From contig CAZTYF010000007.1 in the NCBI GenBank assembly GCA_964617455.1, positions 24,980 to 88,979 on the forward strand: 64,000 nucleotides of DNA. The letters run 5' to 3'. Below the pieces are notes generated by a model. The model was given only the letters and a program-made list of their open reading frames with translations. It was not told the origin of the DNA and did no database searches. Position numbers and translations under genes: made by a program. Source of the DNA: an uncultured Oscillospiraceae bacterium (GTDB taxonomy: Bacteria > Bacillota > Clostridia > Monoglobales > Monoglobaceae). Of this stretch, positions 55,917-64,000 are shown piece after piece (position 1 is the first letter of the stretch; the number at the start of each line of letters is the position of its first letter).

Positions 55917-56005
55917 GGAATTTTGAAAATTCCCTTGTCAAAGGTTTTTTATTATGATAGTATGGTGATGATGTTATTTTTTGAATTTACTTTCGGAGGT
56001 ATTTT

Positions 56006-56443
56006 ATGGATAATCAAATGGATATAAAAAAAATAATGGAGATAATTCCCCATCGGCCGCCTTTTTTGCTTATCGATAAAATTATCGAATTTGAAGAGGG
56101 AAAAAGGGCAGTGGGAATAAAAAACGTTACCATGAATGAGCCATTCTTTGCGGGACATTTTCCGGGCAATCCCATAATGCCGGGAGTGCTCATATGCGAA
56201 GCATTGGCCCAGGTGGGTGCGGTTGTTGTTTTAAGTAAGCCTGAATTTAAAGATAAACTTGCGGTCTTTACCGGAATAAGTAATTTTAAATTCAAACACC
56301 AAGTGGTGCCCGGGGATACCCTGAGGCTTGAAGCGGAGCTAATAAAATTCCGCTCCGTTATGGGAAAGGCAAATGTATGTGCCTATGTGGGAGAAGATAT
56401 AGCTGCCAAGGGTGAAATATCCTTTGCCCTGATTGATAAATAA
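56006..56443 (+). CDS. fabZ: 3-hydroxyacyl-ACP dehydratase FabZ
   Basis: [36 protein letters not shown]. The start is ATG 56006 or ATG 56018. Confidence 0.93.
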   Translation: MDNQMDIKKIMEIIPHRPPFLLIDKIIEFEEGKRAVGIKNVTMNEPFFAGHFPGNPIMPGVLICEALAQVGAVVVLSKPEFKDKLAVFTGISNFKFKHQVVPGDTLRLEAELIKFRSVMGKANVCAYVGEDIAAKGEISFALIDK

Positions 56444-56461
56444 AAAGTTAATAATATAAAA

Positions 56462-56497
56462 ACCGGCCGGAAAAATCCGACCGGTAAGTTTTTTTTG
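56462..56497. terminator. bidirectional terminator between fabZ and the ABC ATPase
   Basis: ACCGGCCGG-AAAAAT-CCGACCGGT followed by AAGTTTTTTTT, preceded by an A-run. Confidence 0.7.
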
Positions 56498-56499
56498 GA

Positions 56500-57609
56500 T
56501 TAGTGGCAAATGATGTTTTCCGTGTCCTTGTCGAAAATGTGAATCTTGTTGGGATCCAACGCAACGGGAATATGATCTCCGTGACGGGTTGTCGAACGAG
56601 GATTAACTCTTGCCGTGAAGTCTGTGTCTCCTACTTTGAAATACAGGAAAGTCTCGGCGCCCATCATTTCAACCAAATCGATGTTTACATCAATGCTGCA
56701 GCCCGGATAGTTCTGAATAGCAGCCTGGTCATCATAGAAATCTTCGGGTCTGATACCCATAACAACTTCTTTGCCGTTGTATTTCTTAAGGTCAGCAGTA
56801 ACTTTTCCGTCCGGAATCTTGATCTTGAACTGACCGTTCTTCAGATATGTGCCGTTGCTCGAGCTGTCAACGGTTACATTCAAGAAGTTCATCTGAGGAG
56901 ATCCGATGAAGCCCGCAACAAACATATTGCACGGATAATTGTAAAGGTTTGTGGGGGAATCAACCTGTTGAATGATACCATCTTTCATAACAACGATTCT
57001 CGTACCCATCGTCATGGCCTCTGTCTGGTCATGGGTTACATAAATGAACGTTGTCATAAGTTTCTTGTGGAGCTTACCTATCTCGGTTCTCATCTGAACT
57101 CTCAATTTTGCATCCAAGTTGGAGAGAGGCTCATCCATGAGGAATACCTTAGGCGTACGAACAATGGCACGTCCTAATGCAACACGCTGTCTCTGACCGC
57201 CCGACAAAGCCTTGGGCTTTCTGTCAAGAAGATGCTCAATGCCCAAAATCTGAGAAGCCTCGATAACCTTTTTCTTGATTTCATCTTTCGGAACTTTTCT
57301 CAGTTTTAGACCAAATGCCATGTTCTCAAATACGGACATATGAGGATAAAGAGCATAGTTCTGGAAAACCATTGCGATATCTCTGTCCTTGGGAACTACA
57401 TCGTTCATCAGTTTGTCGCCAATGTAGAGCTCGCCTTCGGTGATTTCTTCGAGACCGGCAATCATTCTCAAAGTCGTCGACTTACCGCATCCGGAAGGAC
57501 CAACGAAAATGACGAATTCTTTGTCTTCGATTTCAAGGTTGAAATCCTTAACAGCGGTGAAGCCGCCTTGGTATGTTTTGTAGATACCCCTTAAACTTAA
57601 ACTTGCCAT
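56500..57609 (-). CDS. msmX: sugar ABC transporter ATP-binding protein (MsmX/MalK/UgpC type), orphan
   Basis: Walker A GPSGCGKST, signature LSGGQRQR, Walker B FLMDEPLS, and a MalK-type regulatory C-domain. No permease gene is adjacent. Confidence 0.93.
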   Translation of the reverse strand: MASLSLRGIYKTYQGGFTAVKDFNLEIEDKEFVIFVGPSGCGKSTTLRMIAGLEEITEGELYIGDKLMNDVVPKDRDIAMVFQNYALYPHMSVFENMAFGLKLRKVPKDEIKKKVIEASQILGIEHLLDRKPKALSGGQRQRVALGRAIVRTPKVFLMDEPLSNLDAKLRVQMRTEIGKLHKKLMTTFIYVTHDQTEAMTMGTRIVVMKDGIIQQVDSPTNLYNYPCNMFVAGFIGSPQMNFLNVTVDSSSNGTYLKNGQFKIKIPDGKVTADLKKYNGKEVVMGIRPEDFYDDQAAIQNYPGCSIDVNIDLVEMMGAETFLYFKVGDTDFTARVNPRSTTRHGDHIPVALDPNKIHIFDKDTENIICH

Positions 57610-57807
57610 AATTAAATGACCTCCTGTTTATATAAATTTTAACTATATATTTATCTAATTCTTTACAATGTATATTTTAGCATACTTGAAACAAGAAAAA
57701 AAGTGATTTATTCCACAAAATTAAAAAAAATATTTTAGGCAATTTGCATAGCAAAAATTTTAAGCAATAAAATTTCGGGTAATTATGCACAAATTTTATG
57801 ACCGGTA

Positions 57808-57836
57808 TTGATATATTTTGTCTTTGATAGTATAAT
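57808..57836 (+). promoter_or_regulatory. argCB promoter
   Basis: TTGATA (57808-57813), 17-nt spacer, TATAAT (57831-57836). Confidence 0.6.
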
Positions 57837-57890
57837 GTCTGTATAAAGCCGTAAAAAATCGGTATGAAAAAAATTTGGAGTTGATAGTTT

Positions 57891-58931
57891 ATGATAAAGG
57901 TCGGAGTTTTGGGTGCCACGGGATATGCGGGGGCAGAGACGGTCCGTCTCTTGATGTCCCACCCGAAAGTTAAACTTGAAAGGATAATATCCCACAGTTT
58001 TGAAGGAAAAAAATTTTCGGATGTTTACCCGGGTCTTAAAAATATCTGTGATAAGGAACTTACGACCCTTGATACGGATGATATAGCGGAAAACTGTGAT
58101 TTGGTATTCACCGCCTTGCCTCACGGTGCATCGAAGAAAATAATACCCGAGCTTTTTCAAAAAGGACTTAAGATAATAGATTTAAGCGGGGATTTCAGAT
58201 ATAACGATTCGAAGGTTTATGAAAAATGGTACGGTGAACCGCATTCCGCTCCCGAACTGCTCAAGGAGTCGGTCTACGGTCTTTGTGAATTGCATCGGGA
58301 AGAGATAAAAAATCACCGGCTCATCGGAAATCCGGGATGTTATACCACCTGCTCCATTTTGGCCCTGGCACCATTGATTGACAGGAAAATTTTAAACTTG
58401 AACAGTTTGATTGTTGACGCAAAATCCGGAGTTACCGGGGCGGGAAGGGATGCGTCTCTCCCAAATATTTACTGTGAGGTCAACGAATCTCTCAAAGCCT
58501 ATAAAGTGGCCACCCATCGCCACACCTCCGAAATCGAACAGGAACTTTCCGAAATCGCCGGAGAAAAAATAGAACTGTCTTTCACACCTCATTTGGTGCC
58601 TATGCAGAGAGGAATATTTTCCACCTGTTACGGGGATCTTATAAAACCCGTAACCACGGATGAGGCTGTCCGGATTTATAAGGAATACTATAAAGACGAA
58701 GAATTTGTCAAAATATATGATTCGGGAACGCTGCCGGAAATCAAACATGTGAGAGGCTCAAACTATGCGGCCATAGGAGTTGTCATAGATGAACGCCTAA
58801 ACAGAGCGATTGTAATATCCTGTATCGATAATTTGATAAAAGGAGCCGCCGGACAGGCCATACAAAATATGAATATAATGTGCGGCTTTGATGAGGGAGA
58901 AGGTCTCAGAAACCTTGGAATGTTTCTGTAA
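57891..58931 (+). CDS. argC: N-acetyl-gamma-glutamyl-phosphate reductase
   Basis: IKVGVLGATGYAG.E..RLL..HP, the catalytic GNPGCYTT, and DAKSGVTGAGR. Confidence 0.95.
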   Translation: MIKVGVLGATGYAGAETVRLLMSHPKVKLERIISHSFEGKKFSDVYPGLKNICDKELTTLDTDDIAENCDLVFTALPHGASKKIIPELFQKGLKIIDLSGDFRYNDSKVYEKWYGEPHSAPELLKESVYGLCELHREEIKNHRLIGNPGCYTTCSILALAPLIDRKILNLNSLIVDAKSGVTGAGRDASLPNIYCEVNESLKAYKVATHRHTSEIEQELSEIAGEKIELSFTPHLVPMQRGIFSTCYGDLIKPVTTDEAVRIYKEYYKDEEFVKIYDSGTLPEIKHVRGSNYAAIGVVIDERLNRAIVISCIDNLIKGAAGQAIQNMNIMCGFDEGEGLRNLGMFL

Positions 58932-58982
58932 TTGAAAATTTTAAAAAGTTTATGAAAAAAGCTCTTTGAAAGGAAAAATAAA

Positions 58983-59864
58983 ATGCGAAAAATGGAAGAT
59001 CTGATAAGCAGAGCCGAAATTCTCATAGAAGCCCTGCCGTATATGCAAAAGTTTGAGGGAGCAAAAATCGTGATCAAATACGGCGGAAATGCCATGGTAA
59101 ACGAGGATTTGAAAAACTCCGTTATGGATGATATAATTTTGCTCAAGTATATAGGATTGAAACCCATAGTCGTTCACGGGGGAGGACCCGATATCTCTGC
59201 GGCATTGGACAAATCTGGAAAAGAGAGCAAATTCATAAATGGTTTGAGATATACCGACAAAGAGACCATGGATATCGCCCAACAGGTTTTAATCGGAAAA
59301 ACCAATAAAGAGATTGTGTCTCTCCTCAATATAAAAGGAGGCAGAGCGGTGGGCATCAGCGGCATTGATGCAAGTTTCATCGAGTGCAAAAGGCAGACAA
59401 CGGTGGAAAACGGAGAGGTTAAAGAGCTGGGATATGTGGGGGATATTGTTCACGTGAAAAATTGCATTCTGGACCTCCTATCCTCCGACCAATATATTCC
59501 GGTAATAGCTCCCATAGGTACCGATGAGCAGGGCAACAGTTATAATATAAATGCGGATACGGTGGCATCTGCCGTGGCAAAGGCGGTTCAGGCGGAAAAA
59601 TTGGTGCTCCTTACCGATGTGGAAGGTATCAAAGACGACAACGGTGATATAATTTACGAAGCCCATACCAAAGAAATTGACCAGATGATTGGCACGGGCG
59701 TCATCAGCGGAGGAATGATACCCAAAGTTCTCGGTTGCTGCGATGCCATAGAGGCGGGAGTCAGCGGCGTCCATATAATAGACGGCAGGATTCCCCACTG
59801 TTTGCTCCTTGAAATATTCACGAAATCCGGAATAGGAACTCTGATTAAGGGAGATAAATACTGA
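58983..59864 (+). CDS. argB: acetylglutamate kinase
   Basis: [34 protein letters not shown] and LTDV.GI. Confidence 0.95.
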   Translation: MRKMEDLISRAEILIEALPYMQKFEGAKIVIKYGGNAMVNEDLKNSVMDDIILLKYIGLKPIVVHGGGPDISAALDKSGKESKFINGLRYTDKETMDIAQQVLIGKTNKEIVSLLNIKGGRAVGISGIDASFIECKRQTTVENGEVKELGYVGDIVHVKNCILDLLSSDQYIPVIAPIGTDEQGNSYNINADTVASAVAKAVQAEKLVLLTDVEGIKDDNGDIIYEAHTKEIDQMIGTGVISGGMIPKVLGCCDAIEAGVSGVHIIDGRIPHCLLLEIFTKSGIGTLIKGDKY

Positions 59865-59931
59865 TATTTTTAAATTGGGAAAATCAAAGAATTTTCAAAG
59901 AAGAATGTGATTTAAAATTAAAAGTTTGCAA

Positions 59932-59960
59932 TTGACAAGTCGGTAAAAATTTAATATAAT
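59932..59960 (+). promoter_or_regulatory. hydrogenase gene promoter
   Basis: Consensus TTGACA (59932-59937), 17-nt spacer, consensus TATAAT (59955-59960). Confidence 0.6.
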
Positions 59961-60068
59961 CAGGTATATGAAGCGGGCCGGAATTTTACTGTGGTTGTGA
60001 TTGTTTGAAAAAATATTCGAAAAATTTTGTCTCGGTCCAAAGATTGTCAAAGGGAAGGTTAAAAGGAA

Positions 60069-61532
60069 ATGAATAAAGATTTAAACGGAAAGAAAAAGTT
60101 CGATACAAAAGTACAATATCTCAAATATAAAGTTTTGAGAGAAGTGGCTCGCCATGCCTACAATGATACCTTGCAGGGCAGTTTTAATGATATAGCCAAG
60201 CAAATTGTCAAAGACAAAGCCACAATGCGCTGCTGTATCTATAAAGAAAGGGCAATAGTCAATGAGCGTATAGGTCTTGCAAGTGGCGGACATAAGGATA
60301 TTGACAACATAATCGAAGTTTTGGATATTGCCTGTGACGAGTGCCCCATGGACGGCTATGAAGTTACCCATATGTGCAGAGGATGTTTGGCTCACCGATG
60401 CGAAGATGTGTGCAAAAGGGATGCCATCACCTTTGACGAAAACCAAAAGGCCCATATAGACAAGGAAAAATGCGTCAATTGCGGAATGTGCGCAAAGGTA
60501 TGCCCCTACAGTGCCATTATGAATTTCGAACGGCCCTGCGTCAAGGCGTGCAAAGTAAAAGCCATCAGTATGAACAGCGACCATGCGGCTCAAATCGATA
60601 TAAGCAAATGTATAAACTGCGGAGCCTGTGTGTATCAATGTCCCTGGGGCGCCATCACCGACAAATCCTATATAATCGAAGTTGTGAATATGATAAAAGA
60701 GAGAGGTACCGAAAAAAGAGACGAGGAGAAACTCTATGCGGTAATCGCTCCCTCCATATCCGGACAGTTTACCTATACGAATATAACTTTGGGACAGGTG
60801 GTATCCGGAATCAAAGAATTGGGATTTGACGAAGTGGTGGAAGCGGCTCTGGGAGCCGATGTGGTGGCCTATTATGAGGCAAAGGAATTGGCGGAAACGG
60901 GATTTTTGACAAGTTCCTGCTGTCCGGCTTTCGTGGATTTTGTGAAAAAGAACTTCCCGAAACTCAAGGACAATATTTCCCATAACCCGTCACCTATGGT
61001 GGCAATTTCAATGCTCATAAAAGAAAAAGACCCAAAGGGCAAAGTGGTATTCATAGGTCCCTGCACCGCAAAGAAAGCGGAAATAAGACTGAAAGAAAAC
61101 AAGGAGTATGTGGACAGCGCCCTCACTTTTGAAGAACTCCAGGCTTTCTTCGATGCACGGAAAGTGGATTTGGAAAGCCTTCCGGAATCGAAGTTTGATT
61201 CCGACTCCCTCGGCTCCCCGTCCCCCTTCGGCAGAATATTCGCCCGCTGCGGCGGATTGGCGGAAGCGGTGGCAGAGGCCCTCAAAGAGCAGGGAGAGGA
61301 AGATTTTGAACTCAATGCCGTATCCTGCGACGGTATCGAAGAATGCAGAACCGCACTCCTCAAAGCGTCTCGGGGAATCGGAAACGTAAACTTTATCGAG
61401 GGTATGGCCTGCGTCGGAGGCTGTATCGGAGGTGCGGGATGTTTGACCCACGGTCCGAGAAATAAAATCGAAGTTGACAAATTCAGCAAACAATCCGATA
61501 TATCCATCGAGGATGCCATCAATAAATTGTAA
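60069..61532 (+). CDS. hydA: [FeFe]-hydrogenase catalytic subunit-like protein with N-terminal Cys-rich and 2x[4Fe-4S] modules
   Basis: All three H-cluster motifs are present: L1 TSSCCPAF, L2 GPCTAKKAE, L3 EGMACVGGCIGG. Two ferredoxin-type CxxCxxCxxxCP motifs (CVNCGMCAKVCP, CINCGACVYQCP), plus an additional N-terminal Cys cluster (CDECP...CRGCLAHRCEDVC). Confidence 0.85.
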   Translation: MNKDLNGKKKFDTKVQYLKYKVLREVARHAYNDTLQGSFNDIAKQIVKDKATMRCCIYKERAIVNERIGLASGGHKDIDNIIEVLDIACDECPMDGYEVTHMCRGCLAHRCEDVCKRDAITFDENQKAHIDKEKCVNCGMCAKVCPYSAIMNFERPCVKACKVKAISMNSDHAAQIDISKCINCGACVYQCPWGAITDKSYIIEVVNMIKERGTEKRDEEKLYAVIAPSISGQFTYTNITLGQVVSGIKELGFDEVVEAALGADVVAYYEAKELAETGFLTSSCCPAFVDFVKKNFPKLKDNISHNPSPMVAISMLIKEKDPKGKVVFIGPCTAKKAEIRLKENKEYVDSALTFEELQAFFDARKVDLESLPESKFDSDSLGSPSPFGRIFARCGGLAEAVAEALKEQGEEDFELNAVSCDGIEECRTALLKASRGIGNVNFIEGMACVGGCIGGAGCLTHGPRNKIEVDKFSKQSDISIEDAINKL

Positions 61533-61569
61533 AAGGTCTCAAAATAACGGTAAAATCGAGAAAATGAAC

Positions 61570-61598
61570 TTGACAAAAGGGACCGAATGCTTTATAAT
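61570..61598 (+). promoter_or_regulatory. ferredoxin gene promoter
   Basis: Consensus TTGACA (61570-61575), 17-nt spacer, consensus TATAAT (61593-61598). Confidence 0.6.
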
Positions 61599-61648
61599 GA
61601 AACTGTCGTTTTGATTGAACTTTATTAAAATTAAGAGAGGTGAAAACA

Positions 61649-61816
61649 ATGGCTTATCAGATCAGTGATGATTGCATCAAGTGCGGTGTTTGCGCCAGCG
61701 AATGTCCGGTATCCTGCATTTCGGAAGGAGATACAAAGTATCAAATAAACGCCGATGAGTGCATCGAATGCGGAAATTGTGCAAATGTGTGTCCTGTTGA
61801 TGCTCCGTCTGCATAG
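61649..61816 (+). CDS. fdx: clostridial-type 2x[4Fe-4S] ferredoxin (55 aa; below the ORF-track size cutoff)
   Basis: My own translation from ATG 61649 (AGAGAGG ribosome-binding site) gives MAYQISDDCIKCGVCASECPVSCISEGDTKYQINADECIECGNCANVCPVDAPSA, ending at TAG 61814-61816. It has two CxxCxxCxxxCP motifs. Confidence 0.88.
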   Translation: MAYQISDDCIKCGVCASECPVSCISEGDTKYQINADECIECGNCANVCPVDAPSA

Positions 61817-61835
61817 TTTTAATTTAAAAAATCTC

Positions 61836-61866
61836 AAAGAACCGCTTCGGCGGTCCTTTGATTTTT
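61836..61866 (+). terminator. ferredoxin terminator
   Basis: AAAGAACCGC-TTCG-GCGGTCCTTT followed by GATTTTT. Confidence 0.7.
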
Positions 61867-61898
61867 CGGTAAAAGAAAATCAATCGAGCGAAGAACTT

Positions 61899-62942
61899 AT
61901 GGAAAGAAAATCCCGTATCAAAAGAACGTTTATAACCGCGTTAAAGATTTCCGTGGGCAGCTGTATGGCTATGTATATTGCGGAACTGATGAATTTGGAT
62001 TTTGCGGTATCTGCCGGTTCCGTCACTCTGCTTACCATTTTGACCACCAAGTGGGAAACGTTGAAACTTTCCTTGGTGAGAATAGTCAGCTTTGTTGTCA
62101 CCGTGGCATTGTCTTATATTTTGTTTGAACATATACCGAGCAGCTGGGTAGCCTATGGCCTGTTTCTGTTTATAATGACGGTGCTCCTTGAAGGTTTCGG
62201 GTGGAGAGCCGCCCTGTCGGTCAATGCCCTTATCTGTACTCATTTTTTGGCTACCGACAACTTCAGCCCCGAATTTATATTGAACGAGTTTCTTTTGGTT
62301 GTCTTGGGAGTTTCCATTGCGGTCCTTTTGAACCTTTTCAACAACAACACCGCCCGAAAGAAGAAAATCCTCGAGTATGTAGCCTCTGTTGAAATTTCCC
62401 TCGGCACAATTTTGGGGAAGCTTGCCGAATATCTTTTGAGCGATGATACGGGAGCCACCGTGTGGGAAGATATAAAATCCTTGGAGAGGGATATAGAAAA
62501 TTATATAAACCTTGCCCATGAATATCAAAACAATACCTTCAGCACCCAACCCGGATATTATATAGACTATTTTGAGATGCGCAGCAAGCAGTGCGGCGTC
62601 CTGCACAGTCTCCACTACGAAATGGAAAGAATGCGGGGAATTCCCAAACAGGCGGAAATAGTCGCCGATTATATAATGTATATGAAAAACTATATTACCG
62701 AGCCGAATGACCCCAAAGAGCAACTTGAAAGGCTTGAACAGCTTGTTGATGCCATGAAAAAGGAAGAACTGCCCAAAAGCCGAAAAGAGTTTGAGGACAG
62801 GGCGCTCCTGTATCACATACTTATGGACCTTGAGGAATTTTTGAAATATAAACAAAGATTCATCGTTTCCGCCCGAAAAGGGGAACTTAAAAACACCAAA
62901 AGCTATATAAAGCGCTACAGAGAAAAAATCAAAACCCGATAG
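61899..62942 (+). CDS. aromatic acid exporter (ArAE/FUSC-like) family membrane protein
   Basis: Start at MERKSRIKRTFITALKISVGSCMAMYIAE. Four to five transmembrane helices followed by a helical cytoplasmic C-domain, as in the YqjA/YgaE-type ArAE family. The 5' part of the track ORF (61755-) overlaps the ferredoxin gene and its terminator. Confidence 0.75.
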   Translation: MERKSRIKRTFITALKISVGSCMAMYIAELMNLDFAVSAGSVTLLTILTTKWETLKLSLVRIVSFVVTVALSYILFEHIPSSWVAYGLFLFIMTVLLEGFGWRAALSVNALICTHFLATDNFSPEFILNEFLLVVLGVSIAVLLNLFNNNTARKKKILEYVASVEISLGTILGKLAEYLLSDDTGATVWEDIKSLERDIENYINLAHEYQNNTFSTQPGYYIDYFEMRSKQCGVLHSLHYEMERMRGIPKQAEIVADYIMYMKNYITEPNDPKEQLERLEQLVDAMKKEELPKSRKEFEDRALLYHILMDLEEFLKYKQRFIVSARKGELKNTKSYIKRYREKIKTR

Positions 62943-62989
62943 AGAAAAGTAAATGAGACATAAAAAATAACCGAGAAAAGGAGAGAAAA

Positions 62990-63466
62990 ATGGATTTTAA
63001 GGCAGAATCATTTAAAATTTTCGATGAGAATTGGGCCCTGCTCACTGCGGGAAACAAGGAAAACTTCAATGCAATGACCATAAGTTGGGGAGGATTGGGA
63101 ACCCTGTGGAACAAGCCCGTGGCAACCGTCTATGTGAAACCGGCCCGGTATACCCACAAATTTATGGAAGAGAGCGAATATTTCACCGTAAGTTTCTATG
63201 GGGAAGAATACCGCTCCGCCTTGGGAATAATGGGCTCGTTATCCGGCAGAGACTGCGACAAAGTTGCAAAGGCAAAACTATCCCCGAAAGCCTTGGGGAA
63301 TGCGGTAACATTCGGAGAGGCGGAAAAAACCCTCCTGTGCAAAAAGATATACCACGGGGATTTGACAAAAGAGAATATGCCCGAGGATGTAAAAGAGACG
63401 TATTATTCGAATGATGCTCCCCACACCATGTATATAGGCGAGGTTATAAAGATAATCGAAAAATAG
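62990..63466 (+). CDS. flavin reductase-like (FMN-binding split-barrel) protein
   Basis: WALLTAG....FNAMTISWGGLGTLWNKPV.TVYV.P.RYT is typical of the flavin_reduct-like family. Confidence 0.8.
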   Translation: MDFKAESFKIFDENWALLTAGNKENFNAMTISWGGLGTLWNKPVATVYVKPARYTHKFMEESEYFTVSFYGEEYRSALGIMGSLSGRDCDKVAKAKLSPKALGNAVTFGEAEKTLLCKKIYHGDLTKENMPEDVKETYYSNDAPHTMYIGEVIKIIEK

Positions 63467-63480
63467 GCGCCAAAAAGAAA

Positions 63481-63516
63481 AAAACAGCCTCCGCTGCCAT
63501 GAGGGGGCTGTTTTTT
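63481..63516. terminator. bidirectional terminator between the flavin reductase gene and mreB
   Basis: AAAAACAGCCTC...GAGGGGGCTGTTTTTT. Confidence 0.7.
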
Positions 63517-63527
63517 GCGTAGATAAA

Positions 63528-64000
63528 TTACTTTTTCAAAAGTTTCGGATTGTTCATTGCTTTTCCTATACCCGTGACCACACAGGTCTCCGGCGCATCC
63601 GCCACACGGGATCTCATATCCAATTCCCGCCGTATCAGTTGTGTCATACCGTAAATTTTTGAGCAGCCGCCGGTCAGTATAATCCCGTTCCTGCAGATTT
63701 CTTCGATATACTCCGAGGGTGTCTTTTCAAGGAGCGTACGAATCGCGGTTATTACGGAAGAGGCCGGCTCTTTCAGAGCCTCAAGAACTTCATCGCCGGA
63801 AATTTGTATCGTTTTGGGAAGACCCGTAACCAAACTGCGGCCTCTCGCCTCCATGGCCAAAAGCCTGTCTCTCCTATAAACACAGCCGATTTTGATTTTA
63901 AGCTGTTCTGCGGAACGCTCGCCGATTAAGACATTGTATTTTTTTCGAATATAGCGAATTATGGCTTCGTCAAAGCTGTCCCCCGCAATTTTGACTGAGT
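63528..64000 (-). CDS. mreB: rod shape-determining protein MreB, C-terminal part (5' end outside the window)
   Basis: The frame stays open to the window edge. It reads ...IAGDSFDEAIIRYIRKKYNVLIGERSAEQLKIKIG...GLPKTIQISGDEV...GIILTGGCSKIYGMTQLIRRE. Confidence 0.9.
   Translation of the reverse strand, partial: SVKIAGDSFDEAIIRYIRKKYNVLIGERSAEQLKIKIGCVYRRDRLLAMEARGRSLVTGLPKTIQISGDEVLEALKEPASSVITAIRTLLEKTPSEYIEEICRNGIILTGGCSKIYGMTQLIRRELDMRSRVADAPETCVVTGIGKAMNNPKLLKK

Noticed and set aside
54687-55941. Track ORFs overlapping tRNA genes (54687-55328, 54745-54942, 54880-55131, 55689-55889, 55747-55941).
   Set aside because: They run through tRNA-Leu, tRNA-Glu or tRNA-Pro and their terminators. They have no RBS or domain signal.
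57700-57830. ArgR/AhrC ARG boxes upstream of argC (for example TTTGCATAGCAAAAATTTTAAGCAA and TATGCACAAATTTTATGA).
   Set aside because: These are AT-rich partial palindromes and match the ARG-box consensus only loosely. I cannot distinguish them from background in this AT-rich spacer without a scoring matrix.
1-64000. Searched the translations for transposases, integrases, recombinases, phage structural genes, restriction-modification genes, cas genes and known defence-system hallmarks.
   Set aside because: None recognised. Apart from the relB/yafQ pair, the window reads as core metabolism, translation and cell-envelope genes.

Overview
The window is mostly core chromosome from a Firmicutes/Clostridia-type genome (spoVG, an SLH-domain protein, a clostridial ferredoxin, an [FeFe]-hydrogenase). 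I saw no transposase, integrase, phage gene or CRISPR array. Gene content from left to right:
- panC (partial) and panD, then a relB/yafQ toxin-antitoxin pair.
- A 2074-aa secreted GH3 multidomain glycosidase.
- A complete trpEGDCFBA operon.
- The rimP-nusA-ylxR-L7Ae-infB-rbfA-nrnA-truB-ribF operon.
- A Na/Pi cotransporter, an SLH surface protein and a CNNM/CBS transporter.
- A riboswitch-controlled secreted transglutaminase-like protein.
- rsmG-murC, spoVG, a GH-like enzyme, tRNA-Asp/Thr, a GH13 amylase, a D-Ala-D-Ala carboxypeptidase, rpiB, guaB, hup, a HAD hydrolase, an orphan addB/rexB, a nicotinamidase-like hydrolase, pfk and tRNA-Arg.
- A markedly AT-richer block: queH, serS, parB, parA, rdgB, rsmA, and tRNA-Leu/Glu/Pro.
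- fabZ, msmX-like ATPase, argC, argB, [FeFe]-hydrogenase, ferredoxin, an ArAE-type membrane protein, a flavin reductase and a partial mreB.

Most interesting observations:
1. Three tandem c-di-GMP-I (GEMM-I) aptamers share one ~620-nt leader upstream of a secreted transglutaminase-like protein (28.1-28.6 kb).
2. The trp leader is short (~100 nt). It carries seven phased (G/U)AG triplets plus one unphased TAG, and a terminator/antiterminator pair. This looks like a TRAP-type attenuator, not a T-box.
3. The exported giant GH3 ends in a rhodanese domain that keeps its catalytic cysteine.
4. A GC trough at about 49-56 kb covers housekeeping genes and is bracketed by tRNA genes.

All calls come from reading the sequence and the ORF translations. 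No database search was run.
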